A DNA stretch of 64,000 bases. Source: Candidatus Bathyarchaeota archaeon. Its GTDB lineage: Archaea > Thermoproteota > Bathyarchaeia > Bathyarchaeales > Bathycorpusculaceae. Below the pieces are notes generated by a model that was given only the letters and a program-made list of their open reading frames with translations, had not been told where the DNA came from and searched no databases. A program made the translations under genes and the position numbers. Shown here one piece after another: positions 19,233 through 29,621 of the stretch (position 1 is its first letter; every line of letters begins with the position of its first letter). Where the stretch lies: NCBI GenBank assembly GCA_963707955.1, contig OY970176.1:1408001-1472000 (forward strand). Direction: 5' to 3'.

Positions 19233-19845
19233 TCACCGGACGCGCTTGACGATGACCTCGCCGTTTGAGAGTTCCTTAATTATTTCCGAACCATCTTTGA
19301 GGTGCGCTAAGAGCTGAGCCTCAGGTATCTGAGAGAACTCTGCGCAGTGCTCGCCGTCTGGGCAGTCCTCAGCTTTCTTAGCTTCTTTCACAATGCGCTT
19401 CTTATCTTCCTTGAGCTCATCCCCAGTCCTAAGATGATATTGTCTCCTTATCTCCGCCCGCTCAGTTTCTAACTTCTCAATTCTGTCTATAACTTCTTTC
19501 GAGACTGCTGGCGCTTCGCTCGTAAACTCCAACGCAGGCACTGCTTCTCGGTACTTCGCTCTCAGCTGCTCAATCGCTGGCCTTGAGTATGGAGCCTCTT
19601 CGCCCTTGACTTTTCTGCCGCGTATAACCCTTGCCCAGTTAGGAGAAATCCGGATTTCCTCACGCGCCGTGTTAACATACCGGCGCGCATCGTGCCACGA
19701 GAATGGAACACCTGCAGCCCTGCTCAGCGTCCATATTAAGTGTCCCAAGCGTTGGTAGGAGATCGGTCGGTAAGGCGAATAGGCCTCGAAGAAAATGTTA
19801 TCCTCGGCAATGACTTTGCGCCCGAGTTTCTGCTCCATCCATTCC
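19233..19845 (-). pseudogene. tyrosine recombinase/integrase, C-terminal remnant
   Basis: FSWHDARRY (HxxR), RGRK and APY (catalytic Tyr); the N-terminal half including the first Arg is missing, cut at a (CG)n tract. Confidence 0.8.
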
Positions 19846-19970
19846 CGCGCGCGCTATTAACATTTTGGTTCCGTTGCTTCAGAAGGGGGTTGCCTACGTT
19901 TTCCCAAATCGGCTTGCCCTGTGCGAAAATCAAGCCTCTATATTTGCTTCGACCCTGAACTTTTGTTGTC

Positions 19971-20507
19971 TTAGGGAATTCTTCGTGTTACAGGGTTTTG
20001 AATCTTCGCTCTGATTTCTCTCTCTAAGCAATCAGCTATGTACCTCAATGAAAGAGGTCTTAAGACGTCGTCACTGTTTAGGGCTATGAGAAATGAGCCA
20101 GTTAACGTCATGGATTCTGCCCATTCTGCCCTGATTTCTTGCACGTATTCAGCATATTCTGAATAGGTCTTGTGAACCGAGACTGCTACCATGTCTGAAC
20201 CTAAGCCCATGCCGGTGGAAACGAAGATCATGTTAGGATTCTTTGCCGTGAGACCCTTTCCCTTTGCCACTTTGGCTTCGGGGCGCTGTTCACGTTTCTT
20301 GTTTCCAAATGTAATTGCTATGATCTCAAAACCCAGTTTTCTCAGATTCACACTTCCAGTGTACTCGATGATCCCTTCTTTTTCAAGCCTTGTTCTGATT
20401 CTGGAGACTGTAGGTTGAGACACACCAATTATCTTTGCCAGTTCCCTGTCACTTTTTCTGCTGTTCCTGATGAGCTCACAAACCAGTTTGATCTCTAATT
20501 CCTTCAA
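19971..20507 (-). CDS. Lrp/AsnC family transcriptional regulator
   Basis: NSRKSDRELAKIIGVSQPTVSRIRTRLEKEGII HTH. Confidence 0.9.
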   Translation of the reverse strand: MKELEIKLVCELIRNSRKSDRELAKIIGVSQPTVSRIRTRLEKEGIIEYTGSVNLRKLGFEIIAITFGNKKREQRPEAKVAKGKGLTAKNPNMIFVSTGMGLGSDMVAVSVHKTYSEYAEYVQEIRAEWAESMTLTGSFLIALNSDDVLRPLSLRYIADCLEREIRAKIQNPVTRRIP

Positions 20508-20800
20508 ACACCTTCCTCCTTAAACAAGCAGGTCTGTCTATACTATTTCGTAAGTTGTTTAAGAAATCTTCCATATTGTTATAATCATTTGTATTATCTA
20601 TGGTCGCCATAACATATGAAACCATCCACAATTCAATACAGTCTTTCTGCAGAACACCGACAACTTGGTCCCAAACATTGCAAGGGGCCTCGAAGACCAT
20701 TGCGAAAAACAGAATCGCCACGAACAGTTAGCCTGATTTTGTTGTTCCACGGAAAGCTATTTTAGCCGAGAGAGGCACAACAAGGAACGTTGGGTTTTGC

Positions 20801-20995
20801 ATGGTTAAAGAGGAACCAAAAAAGCACACTGGCAAGTGCTATGACTGCGGTGGCCCTCTAGAATTGTTTGAATTAGATATTAAGCAATCTACGAAGATTA
20901 TGAAATGCCAGAATTGCGGCCTGTTCCATTTCTACAAGAAAGACTTCATTGGCAATTACAAGCTGACCAAAGTCAGCAATAATCCTGCCGCGTAG
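20801..20995 (+). CDS. small zinc-ribbon protein
   Basis: CYDCGG...CQNCG. Confidence 0.7.
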   Translation: MVKEEPKKHTGKCYDCGGPLELFELDIKQSTKIMKCQNCGLFHFYKKDFIGNYKLTKVSNNPAA

Positions 20996-21168
20996 TGATA
21001 CACTTTAAACATCACCCAATAAGCGATTTACCATCTCGAAAGTGCCCCGCGTGTACACTGCGCTTCAACAATGTTCACATTTGATTTGATTCCCTGACGT
21101 GGACACTGTCATCAGTAGTGCGCGCCCTGACAAGTATTAAATATGGGTGTGTCTAGTCCTGCTGAGGG

Positions 21169-21789
21169 TTGATCATGGTTGATACTGCTTCTGAGATTGC
21201 CGGAGCCCTGTATCGTTCGGGTTGCTTGAAGTTTGGCACTTTCCACATCAAATCTGGGGCCCTAAGCCCATACTACATTGACCTTGCATGTCTGCTTTCC
21301 TCTCCCAAAGACCTCTGCACTCTTGCAGACATTGCCGCAGACAGGATCAGGATGCTTGAGGCCAAGGATAGGATAGACAAATTGGCTTCGATCGAGTTGA
21401 AAGGTGCTTTGATTCTGCCAAGCATTGCTTGTCGAATGAACCTGCCGTGCACCGTGGTGAGGAAAGAGGAAAAAGTGTACGGCGCGACAGGAAGAATTGC
21501 AGGTGCAGAAGTCGCAAGAGGCGAACACATTCTGTTCTTTGACGATGTTATCAGCGAGGGCTTTTCCAAGCTGGAAGCGATAAAGCCTCTTGAGCAGCTT
21601 GGGGCCCGCGTAGAAAACATCCTAGTAGTGGTAGACAGGGAACAGCACGGCGCAGAAAACCTAGGAAAGCTTGGCTACAGAGTGCACGCCTTGGCAAAGG
21701 TCACTGAGCTTGCAGAGAGACTCCTTCGAAACTCGAAGATCTCGAAAGAGCAAGCAGACGCTGTTTTCAACTACGTCAAGAATGCCTAA
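21169..21789 (+). CDS. pyrE: orotate phosphoribosyltransferase
   Basis: FGTFHIKSGALSPYYID, RKEEKVYG, FFDDVISEG PRPP motif. Confidence 0.9.
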   Translation: MIMVDTASEIAGALYRSGCLKFGTFHIKSGALSPYYIDLACLLSSPKDLCTLADIAADRIRMLEAKDRIDKLASIELKGALILPSIACRMNLPCTVVRKEEKVYGATGRIAGAEVARGEHILFFDDVISEGFSKLEAIKPLEQLGARVENILVVVDREQHGAENLGKLGYRVHALAKVTELAERLLRNSKISKEQADAVFNYVKNA

Positions 21790-21799
21790 AGGCCTACTC

Positions 21800-22372
21800 T
21801 CATTTTCCAACCTCAACAAGTAATAGCTTCTGCAGTATTTTCCTTGCAGATTCTTGCGGCGAGCATTTGGCAGTGTTCACGGTCACTTCAGGGTTTACAG
21901 GAGGCTCGTAAGGTTGCCCGATCCCGGGGACAGTTGGGGCTTCGCCCTTCAGGCCTCTTGAGTAGATTTTCCTTGGAGCGAGGTGCGTTTTCCCTCTTTT
22001 GGCCTCACGGTCTATGCAAACTTCCATTGGACACTCAAGATAGACCTCGATGAACTTTGGGATCCGCTTTCTTGCGTCGTCACGGAAGCGTCTAAGGTTG
22101 CCAGTCGCGTCGATCACAACGTTCACACCGTTCTCTGTCAGAAGCTCGGCAAAGTAGACGAGCGTTGCATAAACCGTGTCACGTTCTTCCAGAGAGTAGG
22201 ATGGGTTAGGAGTCAAAACTTTGCGGAGAGCGTCCACGACCAATAGTTGAGCGTGGATACCCTTCTGATCGAGAAGCTTCAGCAGAGCTTCGGACACAAC
22301 GGACTTGCCGCTTCCAGGCAAGCCTGTGACCCAAACGCACCAGCCCGGTCTAGCCGAGGTTCTTTGTTTCAT
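21800..22372 (-). CDS. adenylyl-sulfate kinase-like P-loop kinase
   Basis: VWVTGLPGSGKS, IEVYLECP, PYEPP. Confidence 0.85.
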   Translation of the reverse strand: MKQRTSARPGWCVWVTGLPGSGKSVVSEALLKLLDQKGIHAQLLVVDALRKVLTPNPSYSLEERDTVYATLVYFAELLTENGVNVVIDATGNLRRFRDDARKRIPKFIEVYLECPMEVCIDREAKRGKTHLAPRKIYSRGLKGEAPTVPGIGQPYEPPVNPEVTVNTAKCSPQESARKILQKLLLVEVGK

Positions 22373-22770
22373 GCAGGTCCCACTGCAGTTTCTCTCATGT
22401 GTTCTCTTAAAAACTCATAGTCTTCGACCTTGAAAAGATGGCTTTCACACTTGCAGTCTGAACTACCGAAGCCTCGTATTGGAAAACCCTTCTTCGCAAG
22501 TTCCCTGGCGATCTTGCATTCCTTTGGCCTTCCTGCTCTCATGTAGAAAACCTTCAGAACCTTGACACGTGGGTTATCTAATAGATAATCGATGTGCCAA
22601 AACTTCGCCTTCTCTGTTCTGAGATGCCGCTTGACGCGTTCTTCCAAGTTGTTTTGGGCTGAGCCCACGTAAGCGTACAGGCCCTTTTCAAAACTCAAGT
22701 TGCCTAATGCGGCAGTGTCTACGCTGATGTTCCTGTCTATTCTGATTATGAGAACGTAGATGCCCTTCAT
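22369..22770 (-). CDS. GIY-YIG/Uri superfamily nuclease (DUF123)
   Basis: KGIYVL, YAYVGSA, FWHIDYLL, GFGSSDCKCESHL. Confidence 0.9.
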   Translation of the reverse strand: MKGIYVLIIRIDRNISVDTAALGNLSFEKGLYAYVGSAQNNLEERVKRHLRTEKAKFWHIDYLLDNPRVKVLKVFYMRAGRPKECKIARELAKKGFPIRGFGSSDCKCESHLFKVEDYEFLREHMRETAVGPA

Positions 22771-22886
22771 GCTTTTCTGTCAGAACTGTTCTCTCTGTAC
22801 CATTTCAATATTTCACTGACTGCGTTCGGAGAATAGCCCATCTCGCTGAGAAGTCTCTTCAGGTCGTCTATAGACCCCACTTCCAA
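22767..22886 (-). CDS. 39-aa hypothetical protein (MEVGSIDDLKRLLSEMGYSPNAVSEILKWY...)
   Basis: ATGA translational coupling to the GIY-YIG gene; amphipathic helices. Confidence 0.6.
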   Translation of the reverse strand: MEVGSIDDLKRLLSEMGYSPNAVSEILKWYRENSSDRKA

Positions 22887-22989
22887 GGTTGGACCCCTTG
22901 CCCCAAGCAGCCTTACTCTTGACCCTATTTATACTTTAGTCTCACCGTTGATATATTGTCTTAACGCCGGCGGTGAAATGTCGCAAATG

Positions 22990-24078
22990 CTATTTTAGGT
23001 AATACTTTACGCTCTCAACCTCAAATTCTCTGGCTTTGAGTACTTTGGCCCCGAAACGAAGGATCTTTTTCCGCGCAATCAGAGGCAGATTCGGGTACCA
23101 CAAGGGGGACGCTAAGACAAGACTGCGCCAAGCGTAGAAAGGTTGAATGACTTTCAAAATCTCGTCGTCGCCAGTCTTGTCCAAGTAGTTCTTCCAGAAA
23201 AGTGTGAACAACCTTCCGAAGGGTCCGTTCATCTCCCCGAAGGTCTGCAAAGAATAGAAAAGGTAGTTGATCGTCATAGCCGAAACGTCGTCAGCAGGCT
23301 CCCCCCACTCGCCTCTGCTGCGGTCCAGAACGGTGAAATCTAACCCCTGCCTGAACAGAACATTCCAAGAGTGAAAGTCCCCGTGCACCTGCGAGAGCCT
23401 GTGAGCCTTATGTTTCAGACGCCAGCGCCAATCCAAACAGTCCTTCTCAAGTTCAACGAAGTACTTCTCATCAACATAGCCTAAATTGCTGGGATAACTG
23501 TCTGCCAACCCAAAAATGCCTTCACCTTGTCCAGTCAGGTCACGAATCCGCCTGACATAGAGTCCTGGCGCATCCTTCTTCTTGACCGAATGGATCTCGA
23601 CAAGATAGTCAGACAATGCTAAACATCGTTCCTCATCTAAATCCGTCACTTTGCGAGTTTCTTTGATGTGGTCCAAGTCATCATGGTAGGGTGAGCCTTC
23701 AACAAAGTCGGTTAGGATGAAGAATTCGACACAGTCTCCCAACGACTTCAAAGTCTCTCCGTCGTTTGAAAAGGAGCCAACATCAACAGAACTGACATGT
23801 CTAGGCAGTTTGTTGAACGCGGAGTGCTGCCAGAGCAGAATGGCGGCCCTATCAGAGAAGTAGTCATGCCCAAAGCCTTCAGGCCGCACGGTCTCCAAGA
23901 CTGACCGCTTGGTTTGTCCGTGTAGGCTGAACTCAATAAGGTAGGGCACCCCGTACCCGAAGCCTTTCAAGTCAGCAACCTGACCGCTACGCAAGGGCAC
24001 GACTCGCAAGACCTTAACCGCTGCCTTATAGACACTTGAAAGATACTCCTCCACCCTTTCAGCCTTCAACTCAAGCAA
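22990..24078 (-). CDS. aminoglycoside phosphotransferase/choline kinase-fold protein
   Basis: VHGDFHSWNVLF, LDRS, GEPADDV. Confidence 0.85.
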   Translation of the reverse strand: MLELKAERVEEYLSSVYKAAVKVLRVVPLRSGQVADLKGFGYGVPYLIEFSLHGQTKRSVLETVRPEGFGHDYFSDRAAILLWQHSAFNKLPRHVSSVDVGSFSNDGETLKSLGDCVEFFILTDFVEGSPYHDDLDHIKETRKVTDLDEERCLALSDYLVEIHSVKKKDAPGLYVRRIRDLTGQGEGIFGLADSYPSNLGYVDEKYFVELEKDCLDWRWRLKHKAHRLSQVHGDFHSWNVLFRQGLDFTVLDRSRGEWGEPADDVSAMTINYLFYSLQTFGEMNGPFGRLFTLFWKNYLDKTGDDEILKVIQPFYAWRSLVLASPLWYPNLPLIARKKILRFGAKVLKAREFEVESVKYYLK

Positions 24079-24212
24079 GAAATCACATCCAAAACGAAGA
24101 GTTATCAGTTACAAGTTAAAAATATAGCGATACAAGCCGAGAAATCAAGGGAAGTGCCAAAAAATGAAACAGTCCGCACTTAGCCTTAAATAGCGAACCG
24201 CCACAGAACGTA

Positions 24213-25484
24213 ATGGAGAAAACAATTATGGAAAAGTTCAAAGTTAAAGACCTAACCTTGGCTTCCAGTGGAAACCTGCAGATCGAATGGGCATCAAAGC
24301 ACATGCCAGTTTTAACCCAGGTTAGGGAGAGACTTGCCAAAGAAAAGCCGCTCAAGGACTTGACTCTAGGGGCCTGTTTGCACGTGACAAAGGAAACAGG
24401 CGTGCTCGTTGACACTTTTGTCGTTGCAGGGGCAAGAGTTGCACTGTGCGGTTCTAACCCTCTTTCAACGCAGGACGATGTTGCAGCAGCGCTGGCAAAG
24501 AGAGGCGTCAACGTCTTTGCTTGGCGAGGTGAAACAACAGACGAATACTACTGGTGCGTTGAGAAAGCATTGGATCTTGCCCCTACAATTACTTTGGATG
24601 ACGGGGCAGACCTTGTCGGCACACTGCACAGCAAGAGAAAACAGGCCTTGCCGAAAATCAAAGGAGGGACAGAGGAGACAACCACCGGCGTGCTTCGTTT
24701 GAGAGCGATGGAGAAAAAGGGTGCACTCAAGTACCCAATAATAGCGGTGAACGACGCTTACACGAAATACTTGTTTGACAACCGTTACGGAACGGGCCAA
24801 AGTACGTTGGACGGCATACTGAGAGCGACAAATATTCTCCTAGCGGGCAAGAACTTTGTTGTCTGCGGTTACGGCTGGTGTGGAAGAGGCATCGCGATGA
24901 GAGCGCAAGGGATGGGAGCGAACGTGATCATCACCGAAGTGAGCCCACTGCGGGGACTTGAAGCCGCGATGAACGGGTTCCGCGTTATGCCAATCATCGA
25001 AGCGGTTGCAATAGGCGACATCTTCGTGACGGCAACCGGCGATACTAGCGTGATAAGGAAAGAACACATGGCGAGGATGAAAGACGGCGCTATTCTGGCC
25101 AACAGCGGACACTTCAACGTTGAAATAGACTTCCAAGACCTCGAAGAACTCTCGACCAAAAAGAGAAACATCAGACCAAACCTCGACGAGTACACGTTTA
25201 AAGACGGGCGAAAACTGTACCTTTTGGCCGAAGGAAGACTAGTGAACTTGGCGGCAGCCGAAGGACATCCGTCCGAGGTCATGGACATGTCTTTTGCAAA
25301 CCAAGCTCTCTGCGTTGAATACCTAGCGAAAAAAGCGAAGCTACCGCCGAAAGTCTATCCGGTGCCAAAAGAAATAGATGATGATGTGGCAAAACTGAAA
25401 CTCAACGCTATGCACATCAAGGTTGACAAACTGACGAAGGAGCAGAGAAAATATCTAGCTACTTGGGAATTGGGTACAACATGA
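24213..25484 (+). CDS. ahcY: adenosylhomocysteinase
   Basis: [37 protein letters not shown]. Confidence 0.98.
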   Translation: MEKTIMEKFKVKDLTLASSGNLQIEWASKHMPVLTQVRERLAKEKPLKDLTLGACLHVTKETGVLVDTFVVAGARVALCGSNPLSTQDDVAAALAKRGVNVFAWRGETTDEYYWCVEKALDLAPTITLDDGADLVGTLHSKRKQALPKIKGGTEETTTGVLRLRAMEKKGALKYPIIAVNDAYTKYLFDNRYGTGQSTLDGILRATNILLAGKNFVVCGYGWCGRGIAMRAQGMGANVIITEVSPLRGLEAAMNGFRVMPIIEAVAIGDIFVTATGDTSVIRKEHMARMKDGAILANSGHFNVEIDFQDLEELSTKKRNIRPNLDEYTFKDGRKLYLLAEGRLVNLAAAEGHPSEVMDMSFANQALCVEYLAKKAKLPPKVYPVPKEIDDDVAKLKLNAMHIKVDKLTKEQRKYLATWELGTT

Positions 25485-25545
25485 TAGTTCACTCTGAGAT
25501 ATGGTAAACTTTAAAAGGTATTAGAGAGATAAACATGGCTAACAT

Positions 25546-25944
25546 GTGGTGATGCCAATGGTTAGTAAAGATCAAGCGATAGGCGGAGTAATATTCATCG
25601 TCTGCGCGATAGTTGGCCTCTTTTACGTTGTCACTCTATTCTATCCGAACTGGCTTGGATTTTTCGGACTCAATACACAGGATCCTTCCGTCCGTTTCTG
25701 GATCATGTTCTGGATCGTTGCAGTGCCTGTTCTGGTCGCCTTCATCGCCATAATGGGTATAGGCGCATGGATAGGTTGGACAATGGCTACGACACCGCCG
25801 CCAAAGCCGATCGAAGAGATCACAAGTGAAATGGAAAAGGAAGAGAAGCCGACTGTTGAAGAAAAACCAGCCGAAGAGACGCCAAAGGAAACCCCAAAGG
25901 AAGAGGCAAAGAAGCCAGAAAAGAAGAAGAAAAGCGAAGAATAG
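25546..25944 (+). CDS. two-TM membrane protein with K/E-rich tail
   Basis: Two hydrophobic helices, WIGWTMATTPPPKPIEE; T-run after the stop. Confidence 0.8.
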   Translation: MVMPMVSKDQAIGGVIFIVCAIVGLFYVVTLFYPNWLGFFGLNTQDPSVRFWIMFWIVAVPVLVAFIAIMGIGAWIGWTMATTPPPKPIEEITSEMEKEEKPTVEEKPAEETPKETPKEEAKKPEKKKKSEE

Positions 25945-26049
25945 CCAGCGCCCAGTTTTTTTATTCTAGAAGAAACCTGTGATCGTCCAGATTCTTTCTG
26001 GAGGCCAAAAGGTTAAAGTTAGCTAACGATCCTTCTGTCTTCAGCCATC

Positions 26050-26442
26050 TTAACCGTTAACGGCTTTGAGCATACACTGCACTATATTTTCACAAACTAT
26101 GCAATCTTCAGGTATCTTTTCATTCTTTGATCGTTCACTCAGGTATCCAAGATGGTGCGCACACTGCACAGTTGCTGATGGCCTTGCCCTTCTCTCTTCT
26201 GAGTTGCTCACCATAGGTTCCTGTCCTTTATTATCCTCAGCCGTTGCACCCTGCTTCGCCTCAACGACTGGAACACTTTCTTCTAGGGTGATAGCGGTCA
26301 GACAACGGGGACACGCATCATAACATTGTGAATCTTCGGAACCCACGTTCTTGACTTTCAAAGGCTTCGAAAAGACCAGGCCACAAGACGAATTCGGACA
26401 CGCAAACTTGTCTTCTTTGGCACTCTGCTTCTTTCTGTGCAT
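26050..26442 (-). CDS. Cys/His-rich two-zinc-site hypothetical protein
   Basis: CPNSSC...CPRC and CAHHLGYL...CIVC....C. Confidence 0.7.
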   Translation of the reverse strand: MHRKKQSAKEDKFACPNSSCGLVFSKPLKVKNVGSEDSQCYDACPRCLTAITLEESVPVVEAKQGATAEDNKGQEPMVSNSEERRARPSATVQCAHHLGYLSERSKNEKIPEDCIVCENIVQCMLKAVNG

Positions 26443-26622
26443 AATGGACCATCGATAACAATCGGATCTTGCCCCTTATAGTACTAATGCAGTGAGAATC
26501 AGTATCCCTGGTAAGGATCGGGCGTTCTTCGCTTTCCATCGCACGTTGATCCAGGGTCATTATTCAGAATTCATAATCGTTTTAATGGCTGCAACTAACT
26601 TCTCGTTCAGAGGCGTCAAGAC

Positions 26623-26811
26623 TTGTACACCGTGTTGATAAGAGTTGACGAAACCCTGCCCTGGATTGAGCTTAAAGGAGACTATGAAACCAGAAAAGAG
26701 GCCCGACATGCAGCAGAAGAAGCCATCAGGAAGATAGCCGTGATGGTTCTGAACATACCACAAGAAAAGAGACCATTGAACGCATTAGCTGTGATGAAAG
26801 CAGGGCGTTAG
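26623..26811 (+). CDS. small hypothetical protein
   Basis: Beta-beta-alpha pattern YTVLIRV/WIELKG/TRKEARHAAE. Confidence 0.55.
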   Translation: MYTVLIRVDETLPWIELKGDYETRKEARHAAEEAIRKIAVMVLNIPQEKRPLNALAVMKAGR

Positions 26812-26934
26812 CTAACGAGAATGTTGTCGAACATCTTTTCTGCCACCTCATACATGAGATATCCAGCTTCGCGCTTGAAAGGCGGAGGATTTTGGGCGAT
26901 AAGAATTTATTATGATCAACTCCTATCGTTACAG

Positions 26935-27537
26935 ATGATCCTGAACAGAAAATTTTTTGAACGAGACACATTGACTGTTACGAAAGAGCTCCTTGGAAAA
27001 TTCCTTATTCATGAGAACACAGAAGGAACCACGATAGGCAAAATCGTTGAGACAGAAGCCTACATAGGTCCAGAGGATAAGGCATCTCATGCCTACAACA
27101 ATCTCCGCACACAACGGACAGGAGTTCAGTTCGGGCCCAAGGGGCACGCATACATCTATCAAGTTTATGGAATGTATTTTTGTCTTAACGCCACAAGTGG
27201 AAGCCTTGTTGGAAAACCGGAGGCAATCTTAGTGAGAGCGTTGGAGCCGATAGAGGGTGTTGAACTCATGATCACAAGGAGAGGTTCTGCTAGAAGTCGG
27301 ATACTCAGTTTAGCCAACGGCCCAAGCAAGCTTTGCATTGCCATGGGCATATCGAAAAAGCAAAATGGTGCAGACTTGTGTGTTCCGCCTTTATGCATTG
27401 AGACGGGTGTGACGGTAAATGAGAAACAGGTCATTCAAACAACAAGGGTTAACGTGGACTATGCAGAGGGATGGAAGCATTTGCCTTGGAGATTCTTCTT
27501 AAAGGATAATTGCTTTGTATCAAAGCCGGGCAAGTAG
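26935..27537 (+). CDS. DNA-3-methyladenine glycosylase (AAG/MPG family)
   Basis: IVETEAY, AYIYQVYGMYFCLN, NGPSKLC, PWRFF. Confidence 0.93.
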   Translation: MILNRKFFERDTLTVTKELLGKFLIHENTEGTTIGKIVETEAYIGPEDKASHAYNNLRTQRTGVQFGPKGHAYIYQVYGMYFCLNATSGSLVGKPEAILVRALEPIEGVELMITRRGSARSRILSLANGPSKLCIAMGISKKQNGADLCVPPLCIETGVTVNEKQVIQTTRVNVDYAEGWKHLPWRFFLKDNCFVSKPGK

Positions 27538-27656
27538 ATGAAAAAGCAGATATGAACCCGCCTAGCGCGCGCTACTGGAAAGCCCTATATGGTTAATTTT
27601 TGTTCTATTAGCGACAGAAAGGTTGTCAAATGGTCTAAAGGAAGCAGACCTAGTAG

Positions 27657-28664
27657 ATGTCCATCCAGAAGCAAGTTGTAGAAGCTCTAATGAAACCTGA
27701 GGCTTATGATGAACAAGCAGGCAGGATTGAACTGACCCAGACTCACATATCCTTCGTCTTTTTAACCAGAAATTTTGTCTACAAAGTGAAGAAGGCTGTG
27801 AATCTCGGATTTCTGGACTTCACAACGCTCGAAAAGAGGCGGTTCTTCTGCGAAAGAGAGCTAGAGCTCAACAAACGCTTGTGCGAGGGCATGTATCTTG
27901 AGGTTGTTCCCATCAACAGATCAAACGTGATTAGAATTAGGGGCGAAGGACAAACTGTCGAATATGCTGTGAAGATGAAGAGAATGCCTCAGGAAAAGAT
28001 GATGAACAAGCTGCTCGAAGAGAACAAGGTGGACAATAAGCTTATTGACAGAATAGCGAAGATCATCGCTGAATTCCATTCAAAGGCGGAAACGAACAAG
28101 AGGATAAGCGAGTTCGGTTCCTTGGCGATAATAGAAACCAATTGGAAAGAAAATTTCGAACAGACTTCGAGGTTTGTCGGCAAGACGATAACAACGAAGG
28201 ATTTCAAGCTAATCCGTGAAAGAGTCAACGATTTCATGAAGAAAACTGTGTCCTTTTTTCAGAAGAGGGCTGAGGAGGGCCGAGTCAAAGACTGCCACGG
28301 GGACATTCATTCGGGTAACATCTTTTTAGCAGACCGAATTTACATCTTCGATGCGATAGAATTCAACGAAAGATTTAGGTATTCTGACGTTGCCTCCGAT
28401 ATAGCCTTCCTAGCTATGGATTTAGACTTCAAAGGACGAACCGATCTGTCTAACTTCTTCGTCAAGAGATATGTTGAATATTCTGGAGACCAAAAGTTGA
28501 TCAAGATTCTTCCTTTCTACAAATGCTACCGAGCCTACGTGCGAGGAAAAGTTGCCAGTTTCAAACTTGAAGACACCAGTGTAAGCAGTGGGGAAAAGAG
28601 AGGAGCAATGAGAGAAGCAAAGGAATACTTTCAATTAGCTTCCGCTTATGCGGAAACTCTTTGA
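27657..28664 (+). CDS. phosphotransferase-fold protein (N-terminal half of the bifunctional APH/AAA_33 family)
   Basis: QTHISFVFL, YKVKKAVNLGFLDFTTLEKR, CHGDIHSGNI, FDAIEFNERFR, YRAYVRGKV. Confidence 0.88.
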   Translation: MSIQKQVVEALMKPEAYDEQAGRIELTQTHISFVFLTRNFVYKVKKAVNLGFLDFTTLEKRRFFCERELELNKRLCEGMYLEVVPINRSNVIRIRGEGQTVEYAVKMKRMPQEKMMNKLLEENKVDNKLIDRIAKIIAEFHSKAETNKRISEFGSLAIIETNWKENFEQTSRFVGKTITTKDFKLIRERVNDFMKKTVSFFQKRAEEGRVKDCHGDIHSGNIFLADRIYIFDAIEFNERFRYSDVASDIAFLAMDLDFKGRTDLSNFFVKRYVEYSGDQKLIKILPFYKCYRAYVRGKVASFKLEDTSVSSGEKRGAMREAKEYFQLASAYAETL

Positions 28665-28734
28665 TGAGCCCAAAGAAAACTCGACAGGGTACGTGTGGTT
28701 TGCCATTTGCTATAGGATTTCTTCAGGGGACAGT

Positions 28735-29607
28735 TCACTTAATGCTGAATTGATCGGCTACAAATTCTGGGACTTTCACCGTTCCCATGAGGATCGGCTT
28801 TTGATGGCAATCGCTTCCCCCAGTCATGATTAGTCCATGTTTTCTTGCAAACTTTGTGTAATGATTCGTCGTTGCGGAGTCATTTCTAGAGTGCCAACAC
28901 TCTATGCCATCAATGTATCCTAGGAACAACTCTTCTATTATGTCCGTCTGCTTTCGCAGAGATTTGGTCAGGGTCGCAAGTGAGGTCCCATGAGGATCGT
29001 TAGGATGAGCCAAAACTACTAATCCTCCAGCATTTCTTACAAGTCTCGAAGCCTCTTCGATGTAAAGAGGAAACTTGGGAACATCACATTTCACAAGATA
29101 CTTGTCAAAAGCTTCTTGTTTTGTTTTAACAACTCCCTTTCTCACAAGATAGTTTGCTATGTGAGGCCTTCCAATAACACCGTCAACGGAACTCTGAATC
29201 TCGCTCAAATCGTTTTTGGTTAACTTTTCGAATCCTTCTTTTTCAAACTCCGCATTGATCTTGTCCAAAATCCTTGCCGCTCTTTCCTCTCGATATTGTG
29301 CGATTTGTATCAGCTTGTCACTTAACTCCCTATTCTTTGTGTCAAATTGATAACCCAAGAAATCCAGAGATGCTGATTTGCCCTTCAAATATCCGGCGTC
29401 CAATAGGGTTACGTTCAATTCAACTCCAACAACATAACGGATCCCATTTTTCTTCGTCAAAGCTATGGCTTCTTCTTGACAGCTAATTGAGTCGTGATCT
29501 GTGATCGACATCAACCCGATTTTTCTGATTTTAGCCTCCCTAACAAGTTCTTCAACAGTGAAGTTTCCATCAGAGCTTTTTGAATGAATATGCAAATCTA
29601 TTACCAT
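28735..29607 (-). CDS. PHP-domain metal-dependent phosphoesterase (TrpH/YciV-like)
   Basis: DLHIHSKSSDG, ITDHD, LAHP, GGSDCH. Confidence 0.92.
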   Translation of the reverse strand: MVIDLHIHSKSSDGNFTVEELVREAKIRKIGLMSITDHDSISCQEEAIALTKKNGIRYVVGVELNVTLLDAGYLKGKSASLDFLGYQFDTKNRELSDKLIQIAQYREERAARILDKINAEFEKEGFEKLTKNDLSEIQSSVDGVIGRPHIANYLVRKGVVKTKQEAFDKYLVKCDVPKFPLYIEEASRLVRNAGGLVVLAHPNDPHGTSLATLTKSLRKQTDIIEELFLGYIDGIECWHSRNDSATTNHYTKFARKHGLIMTGGSDCHQKPILMGTVKVPEFVADQFSIK

Positions 29608-29621
29608 AAAACAGGGTCCAT

